Positions 1 to 9,730 of a stretch of DNA of 64,000 bases are shown here, one piece after another; positions within the stretch are counted from its first letter, which is position 1; each line of letters opens with the position of its first letter. The position numbers and the translations under genes were made by a program. This DNA is from Moraxellaceae bacterium. GTDB lineage: Bacteria > Pseudomonadota > Gammaproteobacteria > Pseudomonadales > Moraxellaceae. The DNA lies in the NCBI GenBank assembly GCA_050739955.1, contig JBOICI010000036.1:11656-75655 (forward strand). Direction: 5' to 3'. A model generated the notes under the pieces. That model was given only the letters and a program-made list of their open reading frames with translations. It searched no databases and was not told the DNA's origin.

Positions 1-261
1 GTACGCATACAGGAAGAGAGCACCAAGCTTTACAACCAGCTCACAGCAGCCGGCTACGACGTCTATTTCGATGACCGCAACGAGCGCCCGGGCGTGAAGT
101 TCTCGGATGCCGAGCTCATCGGCATCCCCCACCGTATCGTGGTGGGCGAAAAGGGACTGGATGCCGGCACACTGGAATACAAGGGCCGTCGTGATGAAGA
201 GTCCTGCGATATCGCCCACAACGAGGTGATGGATTTCCTGGCCCGCGTGGTCGGTCGCTAA
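1..261 (+). CDS. proS: prolyl-tRNA synthetase, C-terminal fragment (5' end lies outside the window)
   Basis: The frame is open from base 1 to TAA at 259-261. The translation ...[41 protein letters not shown]... resembles the C-terminal anticodon-binding end of ProS. A hairpin terminator follows. Confidence 0.75.
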   Translation, partial: VRIQEESTKLYNQLTAAGYDVYFDDRNERPGVKFSDAELIGIPHRIVVGEKGLDAGTLEYKGRRDEESCDIAHNEVMDFLARVVGR

Positions 262-284
262 AGCCGCTTACGGCCCAAAGAAAA

Positions 285-312
285 AGCCCGGCATTTTGCC
301 GGGCTTTTTCTT
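285..312. terminator. bidirectional rho-independent terminator
   Basis: Stem AGCCCGGC / GCCGGGCT with loop ATTTT, an A-run on the left and a T-run on the right. It lies between the convergent proS and the small ORF at 394-612. Confidence 0.8.
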
Positions 313-393
313 TGCTACACACGTAACTCACAACCTGAACCACATAACACACGCTGCATCATCAACAGGCCACCGCCGCAGCGGCCTGCCGCC

Positions 394-612
394 TCAGGCC
401 AGGACTTTCTCCACGGCCAGAATATCGTCATCAATCGCCACCACCTTCACGCGATCGCCTGTGGCATATCCCCCCGCCGCGATCTTCCAGACATTACGCT
501 CCAGACCTACACGGTAGAGACCGTGGCGATCCGGCAGGCCCAGAACAAAAGAACGCCCGATAACATGACCTGAAGAGGCCAAATCAAACTGCAAAGCATG
601 AGCTGCCGACAT
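394..612 (-). CDS. small hypothetical protein, NfeD-like OB-fold pattern
   Basis: 72-aa ORF with a GGGAGA RBS 6 nt upstream of the ATG. The pattern G..G...G.YRV.....W.A......GD.V.VV.....L.V resembles the NfeD C-terminal OB domain. No membrane segment is present. Confidence 0.4.
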   Translation of the reverse strand: MSAAHALQFDLASSGHVIGRSFVLGLPDRHGLYRVGLERNVWKIAAGGYATGDRVKVVAIDDDILAVEKVLA

Positions 613-1065
613 GGTGGATCTCCCGTCTTATAGCTACGCAAAACATGACTGGCAACGGAATGATTCCCCCGAAAATCCCTCGTCACAATGCGAGCTGTAT
701 CACAAACCAACGGTGACCATCATCACGCTGCCTGAACTGTTTTGACAATATTGACAGCTCAAAAAGGCTGAAAATGCGCATTCATATGCTCAAATTTCCA
801 GCAAAAAAATTATTCAAAACATATAAAACAGTGACTTGCGAACAACTCCTGAAAAGAGAAAGAGGACGCAGCATCAAACCACTTTGCCATATGAAAAAAG
901 ACCGGTTGTGCGCTGCTCTTCTTCTATCCGCAGCGCCGAAAACCCCTTTTCCGGAACTGAGGAGTGCCCGCAATTTATCGCCATGGCGCACCGCTCATCG
1001 GCTGTAACACTGTACAGTCAGCATCGGCCGGGCCGGCACAAAAAAACAGATACTGTTGTCAGGGG

Positions 1066-1094
1066 CTTGCCTCCCCCCGATAAATCAGTAAGAT
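1066..1094 (+). promoter_or_regulatory. candidate sigma70 promoter for tRNA-Val
   Basis: CTTGCC, a 17-nt spacer, TAAGAT, then a GC-rich discriminator (ACGCGCC). It lies about 20 nt upstream of the tRNA 5' end. Each hexamer matches consensus at only 4 of 6 positions. Confidence 0.3.
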
Positions 1095-1115
1095 ACGCGC
1101 CTCTTCGAAGCGCTG

Positions 1116-1190
1116 GGGCGGTTAGCTCAGCGGGAGAGCACTGCCTTCACACGGCAGGGGTCACTGGTTCAATCCCAGTACCGCCCACCA
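1116..1190 (+). tRNA. tRNA-Val (anticodon CAC)
   Basis: Hand-folded cloverleaf. Acceptor GGGCGGT/ACCGCCC, D arm GCTC-AGCGGGA-GAGC, anticodon arm CTGCC-TTCACAC-GGCAG, variable loop GGGTC, T arm ACTGG-TTCAATC-CCAGT, discriminator A, encoded CCA. Confidence 0.9.
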
Positions 1191-1529
1191 TTCGCTTTGA
1201 ATTGATATGCAAGGCCTGATGTACCAGGCCCTCTGCCGGTTCCGGAATATCCGGAACGCGGGGTGACCTCCACAAGGATCGGTCGTCTTACCCGCAGTGA
1301 AAGCTCCATTGAAGCCTCTTCAGTCCACAGAAACATACGACTGGCTTCTCAGGAACTTTCGTCATCGTTCCTGACCTGCCTCTGCCAGTCGAGCGTTCTC
1401 AGCTCCCCTCTTGCAGCAATCCGGTTTGGCGACGATTCCGCGCCAGCCGTTCCAGGGCCATTCATAGCCCTTTCCCCGGCTTGCTTATTGAATGACCCAC
1501 AGGGCTTTTTGCTGCCCCGGAGTTGTATT

Positions 1530-3569
1530 TTGTCTTTTTCTGATCTGTCCCTTCACGAAGCCCTGCAACGCGCCATTGTCGCAACCGGCTATACCGAACC
1601 CACCCCTGTCCAGGCCATGGCCATCCCGGCTGCTCTGGCTGGTAAAGACCTTATCGTTTCTGCCCAGACCGGCACGGGCAAAACCGCTGCCTTCATGCTG
1701 CCCGCCCTTTCTCTGCTGGCCGAAGAGCCCCGCAAAGAAGGCCGTGGTCCGCGCATTCTGGTGCTGACCCCCACCCGTGAACTGGCCCAGCAGGTTACCG
1801 CTGCCGCCCAGAAATACGGTTCTGAACTGAAGAGCGTGCGTACTGTCAGCGTGCTCGGCGGCATGCCCTTCCCGGCCCAGAACAAGCTGCTGTCCCGTCC
1901 TTACGACATCATGGTGGCCACACCCGGCCGTCTGCTCGACCACATGAGCCGTGGCCGCATCGTATTCGAGCGTCTGGAAATGCTGGTGCTGGACGAAGCT
2001 GATCGCATGCTGGACATGGGCTTCATTGATGATGTCGAGCAAATCGCCGCTGCCATGCCCGCTGAGCGTCAGACCCTGCTGTTCTCCGCTACCGTGGAAG
2101 ACCGCATGGCCAAGCTGGCCGCCAACCTGCTGAAAAATCCCGAGCGTATTGCCGTGGACGCCGGTCACACCACCAAGCACGAACAGATCGAACAGCGCGT
2201 TTATTACGCTGACGATATGGAGCATAAGAAGAAGCTTCTGCTCAACCTGCTCGGCGCCGAAGACGTGAACCAAGCCATCGTGTTCGCCGGCACCCGTATC
2301 GACAGCGATCGTCTTGCCGACGAGCTGGCCGAATTCGGTTTTGCCGTGGACTCCCTGCATGGCGACATGAAGCAAAGCTCGCGTAACCGCACCCTGACCG
2401 GCCTGCGCACCGGCCGCACCAAAGTACTGGTCGCTACCGACGTTGCCGCTCGCGGCATCGACGTGCCCGGCATCAGCCACGTGGTGAATTACGACCTGCC
2501 CAAGAATGCCGAAGATTATGTGCATCGCATCGGCCGTACCGGCCGCGCTGGCCGCACCGGTATTGCCTGCTCGCTGGTCGGTCCGCGCGACCGCAGCGTG
2601 CTGCGCCGTATCGAACAGTTCACGCAGCAGCAGCTTGCCGTGCTGACCATTGAGGGCCTGGAGCCGCGTCGCCGCGCCGACAGCGCCGACCGTCCGCGTA
2701 CCGTCAATGACAAATCGCGCTGGGGCCACAAAGATCGCACACAGCGCGATGAGCGTCCGAAGCGTTTCTCGGATCGTCCGCAGCGCAGCGAAGGCGGCGA
2801 CCGTCCTCAGGGAGAGCGTCCGGCATTTGCTCCGCGCCCGCAGGGTGACCGTCCTTCTTTCGCGGACCGTGGTGATCGTGCAGCACGCCCGCAAGGCGAC
2901 CGTCCTTCTTATGGTGATCGTCCTCCGCGCCGTGATTTCGGTGACCGTCCGCCGCGTAGCGAAGGTGGCTTCGGCGATCGTCCGCCACGTCGTGATTTTG
3001 GCGACCGCCCACAGCGCAGCGAAGCTGCCCCAGGTGAACGCCGCAGCTTCGGTGATCGTCCGGCCGCCCGTGATGACAACTTTGGCAATCGCCCTCCGCG
3101 TGACGACAACTTCGGTAATCGCGCTCCGCGCGATGGCGGTGACCGTCCGCGTCGTGACTTTGGCGATCGTCAGCCACGTACGGAAGGCGGCTTCGGCGAA
3201 GTGCAGCGTCGTGACTTCATGGAGCGTACCGGCCTTGATCGTAAGCCGCGTCCTGCTGGTAACTTCGGTGATCGCAAGCCGCGCCCTGAAGGTGGTTATG
3301 GTGCTGCACGTCCGAGCTTCGGTGATCGTCCGGCCGGTGCCACCAGCTATGGTGACCGCCCGCCGCGTCGCGACTTTGGTGACCGCAAGCCCCGCAGCGA
3401 AGGCTTTGCCCCGCGCACCGGTGGCTTTGATCGCAGCGCACGTCCCGCTTACGGCGACCGTCCGGTGCGTGATACCGCTGACAAGCCGCCCGTACGTATA
3501 GAGCACAAGACACGTCGCAGCTTCGGTGATGAAAACCGTAGCCCAGTTGACGATGGCGGCAATCGCTAA
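1530..3569 (+). CDS. rhlE: ATP-dependent DEAD-box RNA helicase (RhlE-like) with a long Arg/Gly/Asp/Pro repeat tail
   Basis: Q motif (GYTEPTPVQ), motif I (AQTGTGKTAAF), DEAD (VLDEAD), SAT, and HRIGRTGRAG are present. I chose the TTG start at 1530 because GGAG lies 8 nt upstream and the N-terminus then reads MSFSDLSL, as in RhlE. The tracked ORF start at 1263 adds 89 aa that do not look protein-like. Confidence 0.9.
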   Translation: MSFSDLSLHEALQRAIVATGYTEPTPVQAMAIPAALAGKDLIVSAQTGTGKTAAFMLPALSLLAEEPRKEGRGPRILVLTPTRELAQQVTAAAQKYGSELKSVRTVSVLGGMPFPAQNKLLSRPYDIMVATPGRLLDHMSRGRIVFERLEMLVLDEADRMLDMGFIDDVEQIAAAMPAERQTLLFSATVEDRMAKLAANLLKNPERIAVDAGHTTKHEQIEQRVYYADDMEHKKKLLLNLLGAEDVNQAIVFAGTRIDSDRLADELAEFGFAVDSLHGDMKQSSRNRTLTGLRTGRTKVLVATDVAARGIDVPGISHVVNYDLPKNAEDYVHRIGRTGRAGRTGIACSLVGPRDRSVLRRIEQFTQQQLAVLTIEGLEPRRRADSADRPRTVNDKSRWGHKDRTQRDERPKRFSDRPQRSEGGDRPQGERPAFAPRPQGDRPSFADRGDRAARPQGDRPSYGDRPPRRDFGDRPPRSEGGFGDRPPRRDFGDRPQRSEAAPGERRSFGDRPAARDDNFGNRPPRDDNFGNRAPRDGGDRPRRDFGDRQPRTEGGFGEVQRRDFMERTGLDRKPRPAGNFGDRKPRPEGGYGAARPSFGDRPAGATSYGDRPPRRDFGDRKPRSEGFAPRTGGFDRSARPAYGDRPVRDTADKPPVRIEHKTRRSFGDENRSPVDDGGNR

Positions 3570-3584
3570 GTCTCTGCTACCAAT

Positions 3585-3612
3585 AAAAAAGCCGGCATAT
3601 GCCGGCTTTTTT
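3585..3612. terminator. bidirectional rho-independent terminator
   Basis: AAAAAAGCCGGC-ATAT-GCCGGCTTTTTT, between the convergent helicase and GGDEF genes. Confidence 0.85.
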
Positions 3613-3630
3613 ATTGGGCGAAAAAACGAT

Positions 3631-4872
3631 TTAGCCAGCGCCGGCCTGCAAGGCAGTCCAGCTGCGCGCCCGATTACGCCCACTGCTCTTGGCAAAATAA
3701 AGTGACTGATCCGCTCTCGCAATAAGCTCTGCCACATCCGTAGCAGCCTGCTCGGGCTGCAATGCAGCCACGCCTATGCTCACCGTGACACGATCACTTG
3801 CACGTGCCGTGCGGTGCGGCATATTTTTTTCAAAAATATAGGCCACCACTTCATCGGCAATCGCCAGCGCATCCGCTTCACTGCTGCCAGGCAGGATGAG
3901 GGAAAACTCCTCACCACCATAACGCGCCGCTACATCACCGGGGCGGCGCGCAAACAAGGCCAGTGCTTGCGCGACTCGCGTCAGCGTGTCATCGCCGGCC
4001 TGGTGGCCATAGCTATCGTTGTATTGCTTGAAAGAATCGATATCCAGCATGAGCAAAGCCAGCGGCGTATGAGCGCGCGCAGCGCGCCGGAACTCCTCCT
4101 CAAGACGGGCGTCGAAATGACGGCGATTGGCAATGCCGGTCAGGGCATCGCTGCGCAACAACTGCTGCAAATGCGCATTGGCGGCCTCCAGATCCTGCTG
4201 ACCCAGCTCCAGCAAACGCTGCTGCAGATAATCCGAGCGCGCCGAACGCTCCATCATGTAATTCGCCACCAGGCACAACATGCCGGCAAACACGACCAGC
4301 ATGAGATCAATCAGGTTGTCAGAGTGGCTGCCGGGGAAATCCAGCAGCATGAGGGCGGATGTGGTGCCCGTAACAATGACCAGCACACTGGCCATCGCAT
4401 ACGTGAACTGCATGCGTAGCAAGGTCAGGCCGAATATCTGGATGAGCATGAGCGTATCGATATAAATACGCCCCAGCGGCGAACTCACGAAAAATGCCAT
4501 GAGCATGAAAGCCGAGGCCCCGCCCAGCGTGGAAAGCATGAGCAGGAACTGCTGGCGGCGCGCCATGGAGCGACGCGAGATGAGAAAAAGCAGGACCAGA
4601 ACCGAGGGCAGTACCAGACCGAAGCGAATGAACAGCGGCATGTCGCGCTGTCCGGCCGGAATCAGGAAATCCTCGAACAGCGACACCACCATGGCGAGTG
4701 CGCCTATGGCCAAGCCCAACACCATCTGACCACGATAGCGCTCGGCATAATGCTGCTGGAAATCCGTTTCAAGCTGGCCGGGATAGGCCAGACGCCAATG
4801 CCAGCTGCGCGAGACCTGCAAGGCCGATTCGTATAGTGCACGTTCATGGGTGACGCGAAGCGGTGGCGTCAT
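3631..4872 (-). CDS. membrane-anchored diguanylate cyclase (GGDEF domain)
   Basis: The N-terminal half has several hydrophobic helices. The C-terminal half carries the GGDEF signature (RYGGEEFSLILPG) and DSFKQYNDSYGHQAGD. Confidence 0.85.
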   Translation of the reverse strand: MTPPLRVTHERALYESALQVSRSWHWRLAYPGQLETDFQQHYAERYRGQMVLGLAIGALAMVVSLFEDFLIPAGQRDMPLFIRFGLVLPSVLVLLFLISRRSMARRQQFLLMLSTLGGASAFMLMAFFVSSPLGRIYIDTLMLIQIFGLTLLRMQFTYAMASVLVIVTGTTSALMLLDFPGSHSDNLIDLMLVVFAGMLCLVANYMMERSARSDYLQQRLLELGQQDLEAANAHLQQLLRSDALTGIANRRHFDARLEEEFRRAARAHTPLALLMLDIDSFKQYNDSYGHQAGDDTLTRVAQALALFARRPGDVAARYGGEEFSLILPGSSEADALAIADEVVAYIFEKNMPHRTARASDRVTVSIGVAALQPEQAATDVAELIARADQSLYFAKSSGRNRARSWTALQAGAG

Positions 4873-4953
4873 GACAGGACTACTTCCGGGACAAGTAGAC
4901 TTAGCCTAGCAAACAGCCCGGCCGGCCGGCGCAGGCTGACGCCGAAAAATGCG

Positions 4954-5493
4954 TCAATAGCCCAGCGCGATGTTGAAGCTGAAAAAGATGGTGGGGTCCA
5001 TTGTCAATTCATGCCCCGTCACCTCGTTTTTCTCCGCCAGCGCCGTGCCTATGCCTATCGTGGCTTCGGCACGGGTATATTCGGCAACCCAGTGATAGCC
5101 CAGCTCAGCGCCGCCGCCCAAGCGCTGATAGTACTCGCCATCCAGAACGTCACCAGACACCTGACCACCGAAGACACCGATGTAATAACCGCTGCCAAGA
5201 CTGTCCACGACCGTCAAAGGCTTGCGCCAACTGGCATTAGCAGCAAAACCTTCACCGATATTATGAAAACGGCCCGCGCGCAGCACGATGTAACCCCACT
5301 CGTCCGTCACGAACTCGAGATTGACATTGACCATATCGCTGAAAACACCAATGCCCACATAAAGGTCATCAGGGTTATCCACTTTGATCGTTGGTTTTTT
5401 GCTGCCCAGAAGCGGCTCATCGGCATCCGCTGCATGGGTAGCCGCTGCCAGCAGGCTGAACGCCAGCAGTAAGGTCTGGAAAAGTCTGGACAT
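4954..5493 (-). CDS. putative outer-membrane beta-barrel protein (hypothetical)
   Basis: Signal peptide MSRLFQTLLLAFSLLAAATHAADA, alternating amphipathic strands, and a C-terminal aromatic residue (..NIALGY). Confidence 0.55.
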   Translation of the reverse strand: MSRLFQTLLLAFSLLAAATHAADADEPLLGSKKPTIKVDNPDDLYVGIGVFSDMVNVNLEFVTDEWGYIVLRAGRFHNIGEGFAANASWRKPLTVVDSLGSGYYIGVFGGQVSGDVLDGEYYQRLGGGAELGYHWVAEYTRAEATIGIGTALAEKNEVTGHELTMDPTIFFSFNIALGY

Positions 5494-5625
5494 GAAGGAT
5501 TCCCGTTGCCGCCTCAGATGCGTTTGCCCTGAGGCTTTGTTGTTATGAGTACGCCAATTCGAAGAATGGCCAAGCGCCCGAGTTTAAAGACCCCCCTGTC
5601 CGCCAGCAAGGCCGGCATACAAGGT

Positions 5626-6759
5626 TCAGGCTGGCTGAAAGCCGAGCGCCGCCAGTAGTGGCCAGGCCGGATGAGCCGCCGGCAAAAGCACCCGATGCGC
5701 CGTGAACTCCCGCCGTGGCGGGTAATGCTTGCGCAGGGCATCAAAAGCCGCCGCCGGATCCGCCGCGGCCATGCTGGCACGCAAGGCGGCATCATCCCGG
5801 CGCATCGGGCAGGCCTGCATTAATACTGCCGCCAGAACAGCGGGTACAGACAGCTTGGCATCCACCTGCAAGGCCGCCGGCAGCTCCGCGGGCTGCAGTA
5901 CCTCCAGACTCAAAACAGCTGGCCGCCCGAGGAAATCACAAAGCTGCTCGTAGAGCATGGCCGTACCCCGCCACTTGCCTTCCTGGCTATAGCCCGCCAC
6001 ATGCGGACTGGCCGTATGCACCTGCTCCAGCAAGGCGGCCGAAACTCGCGGCTCACCTTCCCAGACATCCAGAATCGCCGTCAGCCTGCCGGGATGGGCA
6101 AGCAGATGCTGATGCAGAGCCGTATTGTCCACCACGCTGCCGCGGCTGCAATTGATCACGATACTACCGGGTGCAAGCGCCATGAGCTCTGTCGCGCCCA
6201 ATAAATGATGGGTGGCATATGCCCCTTCTTTTTGCAGCGGAACATGCAGGCTGATGATGTCGGCCTCGGCCAAGAGCTCGGACATGGTGCGCATTGGAAT
6301 GCCGGGCAGTTGCACCGCCGGATCACAGCCCACCAGACGAAAACCCAAGGTGGCTGCCAGGGCCGCCACGGCGCGGCCGGTATTACCCAATCCAACTATG
6401 CCCAGCGTCTTCTGCTCTGGCCGCCAGCCTTGCTCATAGGCCAGCATGACCAAGGCTGTTGTCACATATTCGCCCACCGCACGCGCATTGCAGCCTGGCG
6501 CTGAGGCCAGCGTAATGCCCTGCTCCTGCAAGGCTGACTTGTCGATATGGTCAGTCCCTATGGTGGCCGTCCCCACCCAGCGCAGGGCAGAGTCATGCAC
6601 CAGTTCGCGACTGACTTCAGTGACTGAGCGCACCAGCAGGATCTCGGCCGCATGCACATCCACAGCAGCCATCTGACGCCCCGGCATGAGGCGTAATTCG
6701 CCCAAACCAGCAAAGAATTCGGACAACAAGGGCATGTTTTCATCAGCCAGCAAATGCAT
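5626..6759 (-). CDS. pdxB: 4-phosphoerythronate dehydrogenase
   Basis: The N-terminus MHLLADENMPLLSEFFAGLGELRLMPGR is diagnostic of PdxB. A D-2-hydroxyacid dehydrogenase NAD fold (GIVGLGNTGRAV) is present. I set the start at the third ATG (6759), which has GGGAG 6 nt upstream. Confidence 0.9.
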   Translation of the reverse strand: MHLLADENMPLLSEFFAGLGELRLMPGRQMAAVDVHAAEILLVRSVTEVSRELVHDSALRWVGTATIGTDHIDKSALQEQGITLASAPGCNARAVGEYVTTALVMLAYEQGWRPEQKTLGIVGLGNTGRAVAALAATLGFRLVGCDPAVQLPGIPMRTMSELLAEADIISLHVPLQKEGAYATHHLLGATELMALAPGSIVINCSRGSVVDNTALHQHLLAHPGRLTAILDVWEGEPRVSAALLEQVHTASPHVAGYSQEGKWRGTAMLYEQLCDFLGRPAVLSLEVLQPAELPAALQVDAKLSVPAVLAAVLMQACPMRRDDAALRASMAAADPAAAFDALRKHYPPRREFTAHRVLLPAAHPAWPLLAALGFQPA

Positions 6760-7240
6760 ATCGACTCCCGGCATCAAATTGACGGCACTTTAATCCGCGG
6801 CACTGTGCCGAGCACAATCGATGCTGGCAAGCGGCGTATGGCCAATGCCATCACCACCGTCACCAATTCGTCATCGGCAACCGTTTACATGCCAAGGTGA
6901 CGAGCTTGCGCATTACACAGACGGATCACAGACCAACGGCAGAAAATGACCAATGAGCGTCACCCGCGCGTTCTTGCAAAAGCACCGCAATGGGGCAATA
7001 TCCGGCCACGATAATATGCTCCGGATTGTCATCACATTGGCATGAAAATTCGCCTGCAAGGCCCTGAAAGATCGTGATTTCAAGGCTTTGACGGACGAAT
7101 GGTAGTGTGCGTTAATAGCCCCGATTTAAAGGGCAGAGTACCTCAGCACGAATGTTGCAGAGGGCAAAAGACCCGCGGTTTTGAGCACTGGAAAAAGGCT
7201 CACGCCTCTTACAACCAATCTGTTTTCTGGATTAATCACA

Positions 7241-7771
7241 ATGACTCGTGGACGCTTGCTCGCCCTGTCTCTGCTGGGCCTTACCGCTGCTGCCGGACTC
7301 TCTTCTCCCTTGCTCGCCGCTGATGTACCTCTGCCTTCCGACCTTCAGGGCATGAAAGGTGAGTTGCTCAATCTCAATCGCGATATCTCGCAGCTGGAAA
7401 ACGAACTGCTTTTTCCCAGCGCAGAAACAGCCGTGGTGGTTTCCGTTGAAGCCGGCTCAGGCGTGAAAATCGTCGACGTCAATGTGCTGATCGACGATAA
7501 GAATGTCGGTTACCACTATTACAGCGATCAGGAATACAGCGCCCTCGCCAAAGGCGGGATGCAGCGCATCTATGCCGGCAATATCACCAGCGGTCAGCAC
7601 ACGCTGAAAACCGTTGTCACCGGCTACGACCCAGGCGGCAAGGATTTCCAGCGCACAGCCACTTATACCTTCACCAAGGGCTCGGCCCGCAAGGTCATAG
7701 AAATCAAAGCGGCAGACAATGCCAACCACACTCAGGGCGAGATCCGCTTCCGGGAGTGGGAAATCCAGTAA
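7241..7771 (+). CDS. secreted hypothetical protein, first gene of the TPR/Exb cluster
   Basis: Signal peptide MTRGRLLALSLLGLTAAAGLSSPLLAA, a short coiled-coil (LNLNRDISQLENELL), then a beta-rich domain. It is co-directional with and 30 nt upstream of the next gene. Confidence 0.6.
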   Translation: MTRGRLLALSLLGLTAAAGLSSPLLAADVPLPSDLQGMKGELLNLNRDISQLENELLFPSAETAVVVSVEAGSGVKIVDVNVLIDDKNVGYHYYSDQEYSALAKGGMQRIYAGNITSGQHTLKTVVTGYDPGGKDFQRTATYTFTKGSARKVIEIKAADNANHTQGEIRFREWEIQ

Positions 7772-7801
7772 GTCAGGCAGCCGCACAGGATTATCCGGGC
7801 C

Positions 7802-9730
7802 ATGAATCAGCCGTTCCGTTTTCGACGCGCCCCGCAACTGCTTGCGTTTGCCGTCGCCGCTCTTAGCTTGAATCAGGCGGCAGATGCCGCCGACCTGCGC
7901 AAACGCCTCAATGTCCGCCAGGAAGCCAGTGAAGTCGTGCTCGGCACGACGATGTACGACTATTACCAGGGCGACAGCTTTACCGCGCTCAACGATATCC
8001 TGCTGGCCAAAGCCATGGGACGTATCGACGACAGCGTCACGACCTCCGAACTATTGCTGGGTGATCTTTACACCGCATTCGGCATGCCCGATGAAGCCGA
8101 CACCACCTTCTCGCGCATGGCGGCGCGCGATATGCGCTCGCAGACTCGTAACGAAACCATGTTCCGTAAAGGTCGTCTGCAATATCAGCAGGGTAATTAT
8201 TTCGAAGCCGAACGCATCCTCAACGTCCCGCTGGACACGCAGATCACGCCCTTGGAAGCCGAGCGCCGTGTCATGCTGGCCAATGTGATGATGAGTCGTA
8301 ATGAGTTTACAGAGGCTCGAAATCTGCTGGCGCCGATTCCGCTGGACTCGCAGTTGGGCGCTTACGCTACTTACAACACCGGTGTCGCGCATTTACGTGC
8401 CGACCGCTCGCCGGAAGGCGTACGTCTATTGCAGACCGTGATGAATCTGCCGGTCAGCGACTCCGAAACCAATGCCCTCAAAGATCGCGCAGCGCTGGCC
8501 ATCGGCTTTAACTATCTGCAGCAGCAGAGCCCGGATCAGGCGCGTGATGCCCTCGTCAGCGTACGCCTGGAAGGCCCGTTCAGTAATTCCGCCATGCTGG
8601 CGCTGGGCTTTGCCCATTATGAAAAGAAGGACTACAAGCGTGCCCTGTCCTTCTGGCTGGAACTGCTGACCCGCAACCCCGGCGATCCCTCTGTACAAGA
8701 GGCCATGATTTTTGCACCGCGCGCCTATGAGGCGCTCAATGCCAGCCAGCAGGCCTTCTTCGGCTACAAACTGGCCATCACCACGCTCAATAATCAGCTG
8801 ACTGATATCGACCAGTTGGCCGAAGCCCTCAAGAAGCCGGAATGGCTGAATACACTCAGCCCCAGCTCTGACGGCGGCGTCAATGCCGACCCCATGGATG
8901 TGCCCGCCTCCGTCACTCCAGCCGACCATGACACCGTCGCCCTGCTCTATGGCCTGTTTGCCCAGCATCCTTTTAATGAAGGCTTTCAGCAGTATGAGCA
9001 GTTGCAGCGCCTCAAGACTCTGCTGAACCAGCGCAGCGACGATCTGCGCGCCATGCGTGATACCGCGGCGAGCCTGCAAAAGCGCCAGACCAGTCTCAGT
9101 ACCTCCGCCTCGCGCGTAGATGCTGTAGACAAGCGGCTCAGCTTAGTGGCCGAACGTTGGCCCATTCTGGAAAAGCGCGGGCGCCAGATAGCAAGAGATG
9201 GCAAGAGTGTTACCGGCGGCACTGTCAGCATCCAGAACATGGAGCGTCAGTTCAAGCTGGGGCAAATAGACGAGTATCTGACCAAGCAGCCGGATACCGC
9301 CGCCAATAAGGCTTTGAAGAATCGCGTTCGCGCCCTCAAAGGCCTGGTACTGATGGATGCGGCCAGCCGCGCGCCAGCCTCACAGGAACAGATCTACGCC
9401 GACATCGCCAGCAATGAAACCCAGTTGCGCCTGGCCCAGGTCCGTATGGAGGCACTGCAGCAACTGCTGGCCGACAACCAGAAAATACTGGCCAGCAATA
9501 ACGAGGCCCGTATCCGTGCTCTGGAAACCCGTTTAGCCGCCAGCCAGAAGCAGGTTGAAAAGGCACTGGATGAATACCGCACTTACCTGCGTACGCTGGC
9601 GGAAAACCAGTTGGAAGACACGCGTACCCGTATCAACAACGATCTTGCCGAGGCTCACCTCAGCATTGCCCGTCTCCAGGATGCCGCCTTGCTCCGCGGT
9701 GACGGTGCCTCCGGGAAGCCGCAGCCATGA
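7802..9730 (+). CDS. secreted TPR plus coiled-coil protein (642 aa)
   Basis: Signal peptide ...ALSLNQAADAAD. TPR-like repeats fill the N-terminal two thirds and long heptad-like coiled-coil segments fill the C-terminal third. The stop overlaps the next start (ATGA at 9727-9730). Confidence 0.7.
   Translation: MNQPFRFRRAPQLLAFAVAALSLNQAADAADLRKRLNVRQEASEVVLGTTMYDYYQGDSFTALNDILLAKAMGRIDDSVTTSELLLGDLYTAFGMPDEADTTFSRMAARDMRSQTRNETMFRKGRLQYQQGNYFEAERILNVPLDTQITPLEAERRVMLANVMMSRNEFTEARNLLAPIPLDSQLGAYATYNTGVAHLRADRSPEGVRLLQTVMNLPVSDSETNALKDRAALAIGFNYLQQQSPDQARDALVSVRLEGPFSNSAMLALGFAHYEKKDYKRALSFWLELLTRNPGDPSVQEAMIFAPRAYEALNASQQAFFGYKLAITTLNNQLTDIDQLAEALKKPEWLNTLSPSSDGGVNADPMDVPASVTPADHDTVALLYGLFAQHPFNEGFQQYEQLQRLKTLLNQRSDDLRAMRDTAASLQKRQTSLSTSASRVDAVDKRLSLVAERWPILEKRGRQIARDGKSVTGGTVSIQNMERQFKLGQIDEYLTKQPDTAANKALKNRVRALKGLVLMDAASRAPASQEQIYADIASNETQLRLAQVRMEALQQLLADNQKILASNNEARIRALETRLAASQKQVEKALDEYRTYLRTLAENQLEDTRTRINNDLAEAHLSIARLQDAALLRGDGASGKPQP

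Noticed and set aside
1263-1529. N-terminal 89-aa extension of the helicase ORF.
   Set aside because: It is Ser/Leu/Pro-rich and not protein-like. The conserved N-terminus MSFSDLSL starts at TTG 1530, which has its own GGAG.
1485-3737. 750-aa ORF on the minus strand, antisense to the DEAD-box helicase.
   Set aside because: It fully overlaps a gene that has every helicase motif. Its translation is low-complexity Ala/Thr/Arg/Gly mirror sequence, typical of antisense frames in GC-rich and repetitive DNA. It also runs through the bidirectional terminator at 3585-3612.
5514-5795. 93-aa minus-strand ORF overlapping the pdxB 3' end.
   Set aside because: It overlaps pdxB out of frame, it is Arg/Cys/Pro-rich, and it has no RBS.
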